Source: a virus. Taken from it: DNA of 64,000 nucleotides. Position numbers and translations under genes: made by a program. How positions within the stretch are numbered: position 1 is the first letter of the stretch; each line of letters opens with the position of its first letter. A model generated the notes under the pieces. It ran no database searches and was not told the DNA's origin. It was given only the letters and a program-made list of their open reading frames with translations. This document shows positions 27,639-38,015 of this stretch, piece after piece. Location: positions 1-64,000 of the IMG/VR virus record IMGVR_UViG_3300037087_000181. One strand, written 5' to 3'.

Positions 27639-30230
27639 ATGCCACGTAAAGCAAAAGAGGCAACATTAAGGGTTGTGCCTAAAGATAATAAACTTTCTTT
27701 TGAAACAGATTTTGAAGAAGAAGAGGCGATTCGCCTAAAGATCAGACCAGAAGATATAGTAAAATACAAAGAAGAAAATAACGGCCTTCCTGATGAATAT
27801 AATCCGTACTATGCAGGATATGTCATTGAAAAATCCAAGTTTATTAATGACGAAGAGCCAGACGATCAGTACGGAGATTGTCCGTACAAAAAATGGGAAG
27901 TAATTAATGAGAACGATCAAAGTCTTATTCCCATTTACTTTAGCTTACCAACCCCGCCCAAATACTTAACTAAAATAGATGGCTATAATCTCCTTAAAGA
28001 TGAACAATATTTTCGAAGGATTGAAGTACCACGTAAATTTAAGTTAATTGAAGCCAAGGCACTCAAAGACCTCGCAGAGATAGAAAAAAAGAACAGACAG
28101 GATACCATACAGGGCTATAAGTTCTACATACGTTTTTGGGAACTCATTGAACAGGAACAAGAAAATCTTACAGAAGAAATCGAGTGGTTAAAAAAGGCGT
28201 GGTGGTGGAGAACGTATGGTTACTGGGTTTACATTGACGGAGAACCAACCTTTATTCCTCCAGATTATTTTGATTTTCTTAATTTCTATTACATTGATGA
28301 GGCTATTACTTATCCAGAATATAGGGATGACGTAAGACGAAAATTTTGCTTTGCAAGGTATCTTGAATCATGCACGGAAACATTTGCAGACTTAGATGAC
28401 ACAGGACTTGCCAAAAAAAATAAGGATGGTAAATATGAAATGATTGACTTGGGTAGGCGTCTCTTCTTTGGGGACTGTGAACCCAAAACACGTAGAACAG
28501 GAGCTACACATGAGGCTGTGCATAAGATACTCATGGGTGCGATGACAAACCTTTCCTATTTTAGTACCATCATTTCTTTTGAGGGGAAAAACGCAGAGAC
28601 ACACTACAAAAAGAAATTACTCCCGGCTTTCGATGCTTATCCTATGGTGTTAAAGCCCATTTGGGAAGGGAATAGACGACCAACGATATTAAGGCTTGAC
28701 GCACCTCCTAATGTCTACAGCATACGAGGATTAAAGAGTGCTATCGCCTACTCGGATTCAGGAGGACTATTTGCTAATGAGGGAGACAGACTTAATGGGG
28801 TGTTGAATGACGAGCAGGGAAAGGGATTTAATTCAACAGCAGACATATTTGAGAGGTGGCATGTCAATAAGTTCACCATGTCAACTGGTATGGGTATCAA
28901 TATTTTAAAAGGTGCGTATGTCAAGAACCCCAGTACGGTTGAGGATTTAGAAAGTGGCTCTGTACCATATTTTAAACTCTGCACCATGTCTAACTTCTAT
29001 CATAGGATACCGATAAAAGGACAGACAACAGAAGGTTTTGCAAGAATATTTCTACCTGCATATTTGAGACTTGAGGGATATATTGACAGGTTTGGTAAGT
29101 CGGTTATAGAAACACCCACAGATAGGCAGATAAGACTATCTCCAATGTCTATTTTTGCAGTGAGTAAGAAAGGGGCAAAAGAAACAATGCAGGCGGAAAG
29201 AGATGCTTTATTAACTACCAACACACCGGAATCACTCGAACTTTATCGAAGTATCAGAAGAAAATCTCCTTTTGAATGGGCGGAGTGTTGGTTAGGAAGT
29301 TCTGGTAATGTTGGATATAATTTAGAGATAGTTGACACAAGGCTTAGTGAACTTAACCGAATGAAATCACTTGGAAAGCCTCCTTATAAAACAGGGTTTT
29401 TTTATAGGGAAACAAGTGATCCCAATAGTAACGTACTCTTTGAACAATCCAATGACATACCCAAGTTCAAAATATCAATGGATTTACCCTCGCAGATGAC
29501 TAATCAAAGAGAGGGTATCGAAATATGGGACGGGTTGAGTCAGAAGATGGTTATGTCATGGAGACCCCGTAATGGTCAGAGATTCACATGTGGTATAGAC
29601 CCCTTTAGAAACCTTAATGCCAACCAGGCGAAAGCAAAAGCCAAGACAGGATTTTCCTTATCAAATTCTCGGCAGTCAAACGGGGGGATGGGCATACTTT
29701 GGGAGTATGATGATAATATAGACCGGGGAAAGGGGATAAGAGAATGGGACAGCTTTAAATGTATCTGTTCTTACTCCTATAGACCTGCAACACAAGAGGA
29801 ATATTTTGAAGATGTCATCATGGCTTGCCAATATTATGGTGCTATGATGTATCCAGAAAAAAATGTAGAACAATTTATTGTCCATGTATATAAGAGGGGT
29901 TATGGGGGCTATTTTTTGTTTGATATGGGATTAGATGGTCGGTTAGCACCACTACCGGGACGATGGACAGACGCAGAGACATTACAAGATTTAGTGAGGG
30001 TTTATAAAGATTATATAGAAAATAGGGGACATAGAGAAAATCACGATGATCTCTTACTTGAAATTAAGTCATTTAAGGGGGTGGAAGATTTCACAAGACT
30101 TGACTTAAAAACAGCATTTGGGTTTGCATTATTAGGCAGTAAGTCTCGATACCGAGAAATTCTATCCCATTCAGATAATTATGGAGCGATGGATTTAAGT
30201 GGTTGGGGATTGCTTGATGGAATATTCTAA
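27639..30230 (+). CDS. terL: terminase large subunit (crAss-like)
   Basis: KTRRTGAT Walker A, LNDEQGK Walker B, STVE, CGIDPF nuclease, YYGAMMYPEKN. Confidence 0.9.
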   Translation: MPRKAKEATLRVVPKDNKLSFETDFEEEEAIRLKIRPEDIVKYKEENNGLPDEYNPYYAGYVIEKSKFINDEEPDDQYGDCPYKKWEVINENDQSLIPIYFSLPTPPKYLTKIDGYNLLKDEQYFRRIEVPRKFKLIEAKALKDLAEIEKKNRQDTIQGYKFYIRFWELIEQEQENLTEEIEWLKKAWWWRTYGYWVYIDGEPTFIPPDYFDFLNFYYIDEAITYPEYRDDVRRKFCFARYLESCTETFADLDDTGLAKKNKDGKYEMIDLGRRLFFGDCEPKTRRTGATHEAVHKILMGAMTNLSYFSTIISFEGKNAETHYKKKLLPAFDAYPMVLKPIWEGNRRPTILRLDAPPNVYSIRGLKSAIAYSDSGGLFANEGDRLNGVLNDEQGKGFNSTADIFERWHVNKFTMSTGMGINILKGAYVKNPSTVEDLESGSVPYFKLCTMSNFYHRIPIKGQTTEGFARIFLPAYLRLEGYIDRFGKSVIETPTDRQIRLSPMSIFAVSKKGAKETMQAERDALLTTNTPESLELYRSIRRKSPFEWAECWLGSSGNVGYNLEIVDTRLSELNRMKSLGKPPYKTGFFYRETSDPNSNVLFEQSNDIPKFKISMDLPSQMTNQREGIEIWDGLSQKMVMSWRPRNGQRFTCGIDPFRNLNANQAKAKAKTGFSLSNSRQSNGGMGILWEYDDNIDRGKGIREWDSFKCICSYSYRPATQEEYFEDVIMACQYYGAMMYPEKNVEQFIVHVYKRGYGGYFLFDMGLDGRLAPLPGRWTDAETLQDLVRVYKDYIENRGHRENHDDLLLEIKSFKGVEDFTRLDLKTAFGFALLGSKSRYREILSHSDNYGAMDLSGWGLLDGIF

Positions 30231-30283
30231 AATAACCATTATTTTAAAACGTAGTATCTTTGTGCTAAATCAATATAGCTACA

Positions 30284-32662
30284 ATGATTCCGAGTTTTAG
30301 CAAATATTCTAATTACGAATTTGCGTTTCCGCATAGAGATCGTAACCCAAAAGAGAAAAATGACGTTTATGACCGTAACAATGCCGAGGCAGTATACAGT
30401 TTGTTTTTAAGAAATAAGTGCGCATTTAATCTTTTTACTATAAATGATTTCTTAATGAATCGACTGTATTCTAACGGAGATCAGCCAGTAGATCAGTATA
30501 AAAGTTTTCTTTTGCATACCGAAAGCAACGATGGCGACCTGATTTCTGTGAGTAGCTTTGATGATACACACATAGGTAAACTAAGCAAAAGACAGGGATG
30601 GGGAAATGTTCTTTTCAAAAATGTTTCACCTGCCCCAATGATACTAAATGCCATACATGGAATGATGGATAAGTATGATTGGGATGTGTATGCGGACACG
30701 ATAGACTCTAATTCTAATGATTTAAAAGAAAATGCAGCATATACAAAACTCTGTGAGGGTATTAACGCTAACTGGCAGGTAGAGTATAAGAAAAATGCAG
30801 GTATCCCCGTTGATGAGGATACGGTTCTCCCAAAGTCCATTGAAGAACTAAAACAGTTTGAGGCCAAGGACGGCTTTAAGTTAAACGTGGCAAGAGCTAT
30901 GCAAAAACTTACAAGACATTCCTTTAACATCTCAGATTGGGATGGTGACATACGCAAGAAGGTAGTAGATGATTTAGTTGTGCTTGGTTATGCGGCCGTT
31001 AGGGATGTTTTCGATAGCAGAGATTCTAAATGGAAGATTGAGTACACTGATCCCGCAAATCTTGTTATACAATTTTCAAACGAGCGTGATTATGATGATG
31101 CCGAATATGCTGGCTATCTTCATAAATGGACAATATCGAATTTAAGAAATAAACTACCAGACGTACCCGAAGAGGAATGGGTTGCACTCGCACACGCAGC
31201 ATATACACTCTACGATAATCCAAGGGATAAAACATGGGGATTTTATTCACAACTCGATCCAACGACAACCACTTATAGATATGATGGATTTAAAGTACCC
31301 GTTTTTGAAGCACAGTGGATGGACACCGATACGCAGAAAAAACTTTATTATAAGTCAGTAAGGGGAAGAAACAGTATTATTGATCTTGATTATGACTCAG
31401 AAGTCAAACCACTCGACAAAGATAAAATTAATGCTAATGCAAATCAAGAAGTAAAAAAAATATTTAAGAGATATACAAGACAAGTTTTTTGGGTGCTTAA
31501 TACAGACTATGTATTTGATGGAGGCCCTGTTAAAATGGCAGAAAGAGAAGGGCTATCTACACCCCATCTTTCTTTTCATGTAGAACAGTTACTCCAACCG
31601 TCCTTAATAAAAAGGATGATTCCCATACTCGATCAGATTTCAATGGAGTTTTTGAGATGGCAGAACTCGCTTGCCATGATGATTGAAAGAGGATATGCCA
31701 TCAACACATCAATGCTTGCCAATGTAACCTATGGAGGCAAGACACTCAAACCAAAAGAAGTCTTGGAGATATGGCAGAAAACAGGAAGATTACTCTATTC
31801 TTATGCAAATACCCCCACCCAACTTTACTCTGGAGGGGCAGCCACTCCTGTTACTCCAATGGAGGGTGGTTTGGGTGCGAGGGTTGAAGAAACAATGAAA
31901 GCTCTTGAGATGCACTTTTGGGAACTTGAAAAAGTCACTGGTATTACAATGGCTAATTTGGGCATGACCCCACTTCCTCAAACGGGCAAAGATACACAGA
32001 AAGATACTCCCATACAAACCCCTAATGTTCTTCAGATAATCATCAATGCTGTAATGGAGATAAAAAAGAGCGTTGCGACAAGCCTATTAAAAAGGATACA
32101 GATTGGACTCAGAAATGACAAGAAAATAAGAGAGGCTTACGAAGGTGTTGTGGGGAAAACCGACATAGACGCCCTCGTTATGATGGAGGGTGAGGGAGTG
32201 CAATATGGTATTGATCTACGACCAAGACCTGATCAGGCACAGAGGGCAACCTTCAGACAGTGGATTCAGGTAGCGTTACAGAACACTAGAGAGCAAAGGC
32301 CGGGTATAGACCTCAACGATGCTATCTATTTTGAATCCAAATTAAATAATGGTGCTGATCTTAATGAACTTGAAAAAGAACTTGAATACGCTATCGAGAA
32401 GAACAAACAGGTGTCACAACAAAATTCACAGGCAATGATTCAGCAACAGGCACAAGCCAATGCACAAGCAGAACAGTCAAAGGCACAGGGTCAGATGGCA
32501 ATAGATAAGAATGTTGCAGATGGCAAAGCACAGGCAGAGGCTCTAAGAGGTAATATAAAAGACTCGCTACTTACAAAAGAATATAACATGCAGTTTTTAC
32601 AGAGTCTTAGAGAAGCGGCAGATGCCGAAAGTGGTATTACTACAAATACTGATGGTAAATAA
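30284..32662 (+). CDS. portal protein
   Basis: 792 aa after TerL; DDLVVLGYAAV, YTDPANLV; Q-rich C-terminal helix. Confidence 0.85.
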   Translation: MIPSFSKYSNYEFAFPHRDRNPKEKNDVYDRNNAEAVYSLFLRNKCAFNLFTINDFLMNRLYSNGDQPVDQYKSFLLHTESNDGDLISVSSFDDTHIGKLSKRQGWGNVLFKNVSPAPMILNAIHGMMDKYDWDVYADTIDSNSNDLKENAAYTKLCEGINANWQVEYKKNAGIPVDEDTVLPKSIEELKQFEAKDGFKLNVARAMQKLTRHSFNISDWDGDIRKKVVDDLVVLGYAAVRDVFDSRDSKWKIEYTDPANLVIQFSNERDYDDAEYAGYLHKWTISNLRNKLPDVPEEEWVALAHAAYTLYDNPRDKTWGFYSQLDPTTTTYRYDGFKVPVFEAQWMDTDTQKKLYYKSVRGRNSIIDLDYDSEVKPLDKDKINANANQEVKKIFKRYTRQVFWVLNTDYVFDGGPVKMAEREGLSTPHLSFHVEQLLQPSLIKRMIPILDQISMEFLRWQNSLAMMIERGYAINTSMLANVTYGGKTLKPKEVLEIWQKTGRLLYSYANTPTQLYSGGAATPVTPMEGGLGARVEETMKALEMHFWELEKVTGITMANLGMTPLPQTGKDTQKDTPIQTPNVLQIIINAVMEIKKSVATSLLKRIQIGLRNDKKIREAYEGVVGKTDIDALVMMEGEGVQYGIDLRPRPDQAQRATFRQWIQVALQNTREQRPGIDLNDAIYFESKLNNGADLNELEKELEYAIEKNKQVSQQNSQAMIQQQAQANAQAEQSKAQGQMAIDKNVADGKAQAEALRGNIKDSLLTKEYNMQFLQSLREAADAESGITTNTDGK

Positions 32663-32677
32663 TTAAACAAAAAGAAT

Positions 32678-32986
32678 ATGTCTTGTGTTGATGATTATAA
32701 AATAGCCTTGAATATTTTAGCTAAACTGGGTATCAATCATCCTGATTTTATAAAGGAATATGCCAAGGCAAAGAACATGTTGCATCAATTTGATAGTTTT
32801 AATGCAGTGCAACATCATAAGAACACTCACGTATCCGTACTACAGTCCCCACAATCGACTCAAGTGGGTCAACCCGATCAAAGTACCGCACAGGAACCGT
32901 TGGGGGCTACGGGACTTCAAAGCGCACCTAATACACCAGCTACATCGCAGGGACAACCCTCGGTAGGGAAATACGATAATATCTAA
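32678..32986 (+). CDS. hypothetical virion-associated protein
   Basis: ORF in structural operon. Confidence 0.6.
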   Translation: MSCVDDYKIALNILAKLGINHPDFIKEYAKAKNMLHQFDSFNAVQHHKNTHVSVLQSPQSTQVGQPDQSTAQEPLGATGLQSAPNTPATSQGQPSVGKYDNI

Positions 32987-33784
32987 ATGCCAAACAAGAA
33001 TAGAGCATTATATGACCAATTAAAGAGTGAGGGCTATTATACTAAGTCCTATGACCAGTTTGTGTCCCAGTTTTCTAATCCCGATAAACTTGCGAGGTTA
33101 CATGACGTAATGCAAAATGACGGATTATACACAAAAACAGTTGATGATTTTAAAAACCAGTTTTTTCAACTTCCCGATTCAGACAAAGTGGATTATGGTG
33201 TAATCCCCGTAAAGGACACAAGAGAAAATGATTCAGTAACAAACATGCCAGTATCAGATAATAATAGATTACACGCCAATATTGATACTGATTCGGCAAA
33301 AGAAATAGTTAGTAAGGCTAAAAAACATGGTGTTGATCCATATACTGCTCTTGCTGTCGCATATCAGGAAACAGGATATTCTAATGAATATGGAGATAAT
33401 CCCTTTTTCGTATTAGTAAAAAACCCGGATGAGCTTACTAAATTTCAAAAAGACCCAGTTGATTATAGTATGCAATTAATGAGTGATAAGAATAAGTATG
33501 CTAAAAAACTAGGGAAGAAATCGGATGAGGATATTATTCAGGCGTGGAACGGCTATGGAAAGGTTGGCGGTAATAATGATCTTTCTATTTCTCCCATAAA
33601 AAAGATGTATGGTGTTGATGTGTCTAAAAATCCGATTGATATGAACAAGAATCCCGTTTACGGGAAGCGAGTAATAGATATACGGGATAATATTCTAAAG
33701 AAGAACCCCGATATAGTTAAATTAGTTAATGAGACAACATCTTCACAAGGCGGAGGTCAGGGAACACTTGATCTACCACAATAA
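32987..33784 (+). CDS. lytic transglycosylase-like virion protein
   Basis: GVDPYTALAVAYQETG, IQAWNGYG. Confidence 0.7.
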   Translation: MPNKNRALYDQLKSEGYYTKSYDQFVSQFSNPDKLARLHDVMQNDGLYTKTVDDFKNQFFQLPDSDKVDYGVIPVKDTRENDSVTNMPVSDNNRLHANIDTDSAKEIVSKAKKHGVDPYTALAVAYQETGYSNEYGDNPFFVLVKNPDELTKFQKDPVDYSMQLMSDKNKYAKKLGKKSDEDIIQAWNGYGKVGGNNDLSISPIKKMYGVDVSKNPIDMNKNPVYGKRVIDIRDNILKKNPDIVKLVNETTSSQGGGQGTLDLPQ

Positions 33785-33795
33785 AATGAAAGCCT

Positions 33796-34095
33796 ATGAT
33801 ATGCAATGTAGAAATATTAACATTTATACTTCTTTTCATTGCATATGTTTTATTTGACTTTTTATATGGGTGGTACATCATCGCAGTTCAAAATCTTAAA
33901 ATAACACTTGCTACATTTCTGAGCCTTATGATAGGCACAATATCTTACGGAGGAGTAATAAAAATAGTAGATAATCCCTATTGCGGAGTTCCAATAATAC
34001 TTGGAGGGGGACTTGGAACATTCTTAATTCTTTGGTGGCAGAAGAAAAAATCAAGGTTTGCTCACGACATTAATGTCCCGACCAAAAATAGTTGA
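33796..34095 (+). CDS. three-TM membrane protein
   Basis: Hydrophobic segments; GGGLGTF. Confidence 0.65.
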   Translation: MICNVEILTFILLFIAYVLFDFLYGWYIIAVQNLKITLATFLSLMIGTISYGGVIKIVDNPYCGVPIILGGGLGTFLILWWQKKKSRFAHDINVPTKNS

Positions 34096-34150
34096 TAAAA
34101 TATTTGGTAGTTTCATTTATTCGTCTTACATTTGGGGAAAATTAAAGATT

Positions 34151-34336
34151 ATGTTTTATTGTAGTAAATGTGCAGAAGAAAATGATTATCCAATAACATT
34201 TATAAATTCTTATGGTGAGTGTGAAATTTGTAGAAAAGTTACTTTATGTAATGAATGTCCAAGTTTACGTCTTCCTGAAAAGGGAAAATATGGGTGTGGA
34301 ATAGATACCATAATAGAAACTCCCGCTAAAGAATGA
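34151..34336 (+). CDS. small Zn-finger moron protein
   Basis: CSKC..CEIC..C; own promoter at 34103-34134. Confidence 0.65.
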   Translation: MFYCSKCAEENDYPITFINSYGECEICRKVTLCNECPSLRLPEKGKYGCGIDTIIETPAKE

Positions 34337-34454
34337 ATTAAATATAAGAAATATGGCATAAAAACAATTGTATAAATTATAGTAATAACACTCCCTAAAA
34401 GAGTGTTATTTTTTTTTATATTAACTTTGTGCCGAAAAACAAAGAAACAGAGAC

Positions 34455-35600
34455 ATGGCAGACCCATTAGAAAGATTTACAAAACCTCCCGTGGAGGCAA
34501 GTGATCAAAATACAGTAACGGTAGGGACGCCTCCTGCTACTGAAACACTAACACCGAGTACAGAAACAAGTACTCCGACAAACCAGACTGCACAGGCACA
34601 GCCGCAGACGCCAACACCAAAGTCAAAGCCTGACGAGTTCATTGAGAATTTTAATAAACGATTTTCTACTCCGTTTAAGAATGATGATGACATTAAGAAC
34701 ATCCTCGGACTTCAGCAAAAGATAGTTGAATATGAGGGGAAGGCCAAACTTAGTGAATCGCAGACTAAAGAGATAGAAGATTACAAAAAGCAAATTGAGA
34801 ATTTTAAGAACAGCACCAACGGTGCGGAGTTACTTGAAAAACCCCTATTAAGGAAGGCTTACATAGCTGACCAATTGCTCGCTAAGTACCCCGACAAAGA
34901 CCCGTACACATTACAAGAGATAGTAATGAGTGACGTAAGTAAGATGTCGGACATTGATGTACTTGTAAAGGCACAGAAGATCAATCACCCCAACATTGCG
35001 GAGAATGATCTAAGAGCCGCCATTTACAAGAAAAATGGTATCGACCCTGACATAAAACCAGAAGATTGGGATAGTGTCACAAGAGCCGAGCTTGCCATGA
35101 GTGCAGATGACGCAAGAGCAACACTAAAAACTTTAACTTCTGGTATCGAGTTTCCAAAGGCGGCAACGAAAGAACAGAGGGATGCAGATGAGGTAATAGC
35201 CCTGCAAAAGAGAATACAGGCAACGGATCCTCTAAAAGCAGAGTTCACCACATTTGATAAGTTTAAATCAGAGAAGGGGAAAATTGATTATGATGTTCCG
35301 GCTGATTTCAAAGCCAAACTCCCGGATATGTTTCAAGCGATGTTTGTAGATGCAGGACTTGATCCAACACCTGAGAATAAGGCAACGGCAATGGAGTTAA
35401 GAGATATGACTTTTCTTTACCAGAATATAGACAAGATAATCGAAGTTAAGGTTAAGGAGGGACAAACCGAAATCCAAAGGAAACTGGACGAGGCGCTCAA
35501 TAACACCACGCCACCTAACACTAAAACAGCCACGGACGAAGGATCACCACAAGATAACCGCAGAGGATTGGGAGCGTTTCTTGAAGATATGAAACACTAA
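34455..35600 (+). CDS. scaffold-like head assembly protein
   Basis: Acidic, helical, disordered N-terminus, directly upstream of capsid gene. Confidence 0.65.
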   Translation: MADPLERFTKPPVEASDQNTVTVGTPPATETLTPSTETSTPTNQTAQAQPQTPTPKSKPDEFIENFNKRFSTPFKNDDDIKNILGLQQKIVEYEGKAKLSESQTKEIEDYKKQIENFKNSTNGAELLEKPLLRKAYIADQLLAKYPDKDPYTLQEIVMSDVSKMSDIDVLVKAQKINHPNIAENDLRAAIYKKNGIDPDIKPEDWDSVTRAELAMSADDARATLKTLTSGIEFPKAATKEQRDADEVIALQKRIQATDPLKAEFTTFDKFKSEKGKIDYDVPADFKAKLPDMFQAMFVDAGLDPTPENKATAMELRDMTFLYQNIDKIIEVKVKEGQTEIQRKLDEALNNTTPPNTKTATDEGSPQDNRRGLGAFLEDMKH

Positions 35601-35630
35601 TAATAACGACTTAAAAACTTTTAAAATAAA

Positions 35631-37100
35631 ATGTCAACAATTTCTTCACCCGCAGTATTAAGTAACACAATTAATACTGGTTATAGCACCGTATGGGCAT
35701 CTCTGTATGATACAGACATGCTTGTACCGCAGATTTGGGGCGAGATCGTAAAACTTTACGGCCCCGGTATTGGACTACTTGAGTTCCTCTATATGGCAGG
35801 TTCTATCGTTCCTATTGCAGGGCCGACAAAGAAACTGTTTGAAGAACTTTCTCTCGTAAGACTTGTTACTACTGAAGGCGCATCTGGCGCAGTAGCCCCA
35901 GCAGCAGCATGGACTCTTCATCTTTCATTAGCAGACTTTAGTGGAACAACTGACAACGCTTATCTTTCAGTGAAGGATATCATTGTAGTTCCCGCTAAAT
36001 ACGTTACCAAAAACAGCGTAAAAGTTACCAAACCTTCATTGTGGCAGGTAACGGCTATAGATACAACCGATACAACTGGTAAGAGCTATACTCTTTATGG
36101 TCTTGACGCTCTTGACCGTATTAATGTAACTATACCAACAGGAACTAAACTGATGGTTACTGGTGGAGCTTATGCCAATGGTGTACAGGGTGGAAGCCCC
36201 AAATCGTCAGGATGGCAGACAAGGCTTTTTTATTGCTCAACAAGACGTCAGAACTGGGCTATAATGGGTAGCCAACAGTCTAATCAGAGATACTACGAAA
36301 CTCTTAGAGGTGGGGGAACTGGTATTTTTACCAAGGCAACCATGGAATGCGACTTCTTACTGAGTAAGTATATTAATGATGACATTATGCTTGGTCAGCT
36401 TTTAACAGCCGCCACAGCCCTTAATCAGACTGATAGGGACGGCAATAGTGTAAAACCTACTAATACTCTTGGTCTTATAGGACACCTTGTAGATGGTGGA
36501 ATGAAACAGTACTACACCACTTCGTATCAGTACAGCGATTTTGACGATATCAAACCTCTCTTGCTCTCACAGGGTATCACTGGTAGAAACGTCAACTTCT
36601 TCATGGGTAGCGAACTCTACAAACAACTTGAGAACTCCGGCTTAGACTTTAAAAAAGAATTTGCTGGCGGAACAACCTACGGAAACATAGGCGAGATTGA
36701 CGCATCACTGAAGTTCATTCACAAGAACGGTGTGCAGACAACCTTCAAAGAGTTACCATCATTCAGTGACCCGACAGCTTATGGAGCAACAGCCTTCGAT
36801 GATTACTTCACAGGCATGGGATTTATTTGTCCCGATGTTGATGTAACCGTCAGAGGAAGCATGGAAGAACCCGCAGCCTTCAAGATGAAAAACCTTGCAC
36901 TCGGATACAAAAACTACAACGGCGAAAATAGAACTCGTATCAATAAAGTTCTTCCGGGTGTAGCAAACATAGGACAAGTTCCTAGTGACATTGCTGTTGA
37001 CACCTACGACGATGTGCGCGGCGAGATGTTATCAGAATACGCATTGATAGTGTTGCACCGCAATCAGATGGTGCTCGTACAGTCTGACGCAATTCTATAG
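35631..37100 (+). CDS. major capsid protein
   Basis: 489 aa; position; ends GEMLSEYALIVLHRNQMVLV; followed by strong terminator. Confidence 0.85.
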   Translation: MSTISSPAVLSNTINTGYSTVWASLYDTDMLVPQIWGEIVKLYGPGIGLLEFLYMAGSIVPIAGPTKKLFEELSLVRLVTTEGASGAVAPAAAWTLHLSLADFSGTTDNAYLSVKDIIVVPAKYVTKNSVKVTKPSLWQVTAIDTTDTTGKSYTLYGLDALDRINVTIPTGTKLMVTGGAYANGVQGGSPKSSGWQTRLFYCSTRRQNWAIMGSQQSNQRYYETLRGGGTGIFTKATMECDFLLSKYINDDIMLGQLLTAATALNQTDRDGNSVKPTNTLGLIGHLVDGGMKQYYTTSYQYSDFDDIKPLLLSQGITGRNVNFFMGSELYKQLENSGLDFKKEFAGGTTYGNIGEIDASLKFIHKNGVQTTFKELPSFSDPTAYGATAFDDYFTGMGFICPDVDVTVRGSMEEPAAFKMKNLALGYKNYNGENRTRINKVLPGVANIGQVPSDIAVDTYDDVRGEMLSEYALIVLHRNQMVLVQSDAIL

Positions 37101-37121
37101 TCTTTAACTCATAAATTTTCA

Positions 37122-37153
37122 AAAGAGGGTGGAGAAATCTTCCCTCTTTTTTT
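37122..37153 (+). terminator. intrinsic terminator
   Basis: aaagaggg...ccctc plus T-run. Confidence 0.8.
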
Positions 37154-37274
37154 GTTTTATCAAATAAAAGCATTATCTTTGTGTAGGATAGATGGGAATA
37201 AGCTCCCCATTGATACGGGTACACCAACGCCCTTCCCTTCTTTTAATGTTGGTAAAATTAAATTAGTTGGTTCA
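37151..37274 (+). promoter_or_regulatory. promoter plus structured 5' leader of HNH gene
   Basis: TATCTTTG 37174-81; loop ACCAAC complementary to two GTTGGT boxes. Confidence 0.6.
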
Positions 37275-38015
37275 ATGGCACATAAAATTTGTACAAAATG
37301 TAAACAAGACAAAGAATTGTCTGAGTTTAATAAATGTAGCAGGGTTAAAGATGGACACAAGGCTGAGTGTCGGGATTGTCAGAAAAAAGGGAAGAAGGTC
37401 TATGACGATAATCATCCTAATCACAATCACGATTATTATACTGAAAATACTGAAAAAATATTAAAGCAAAATAAAGAATGGGCAATAAACCATAGAGAAC
37501 AATCTAATCAGATTAAAAATAATTATGTAATAAGACATCCCAAGGAAAGACTTGAACAAAGTAACCGCTATTACCATAACAATACAGATAGGGTTAAAAT
37601 ATATGTTAATAATAATAGAGAGGAAATTAATAAAAAGAGAAGGATATACATGCAAACTCATCCACAAGCAAGAATGGCGCACAATCTCAGATCAAGGCTT
37701 GGTGCTGTATTGTCCGGGAGAAGTAAAGGTGGGCGATTATATTCACTTGTAGGATGTGATATGGATTACTTTAAAAACTATATTGAAAAGTTTTGGACGG
37801 AAGGAATGTTTTGGAGTAATTACGGAAAAGATCATGGTAGGTGGAGTCTGGATCATACCATTCCACTTGAATCATTTGATTTAACAAACGAAGAAGAGCA
37901 AAAGGAAGCGTTCCATTATACCAACATGAGACCGATGTGGTATCCTGAGAACTCATCAAAAGGCAGTCTTCATAATGGGAAACGACACAACAAGAAGAAT
38001 AAGTATGAGTATTAA
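37275..38015 (+). CDS. HNH homing endonuclease (Zn-finger N-terminus)
   Basis: KICTKCK..ECRDC; WSLDHTIPL..FHYTNMRPMW..N. Confidence 0.85.
   Translation: MAHKICTKCKQDKELSEFNKCSRVKDGHKAECRDCQKKGKKVYDDNHPNHNHDYYTENTEKILKQNKEWAINHREQSNQIKNNYVIRHPKERLEQSNRYYHNNTDRVKIYVNNNREEINKKRRIYMQTHPQARMAHNLRSRLGAVLSGRSKGGRLYSLVGCDMDYFKNYIEKFWTEGMFWSNYGKDHGRWSLDHTIPLESFDLTNEEEQKEAFHYTNMRPMWYPENSSKGSLHNGKRHNKKNKYEY

Noticed and set aside
33796-34095. Holin
   Set aside because: Only hydrophobicity supports it; the adjacent muramidase looks virion-associated and no clear lysis cassette is present
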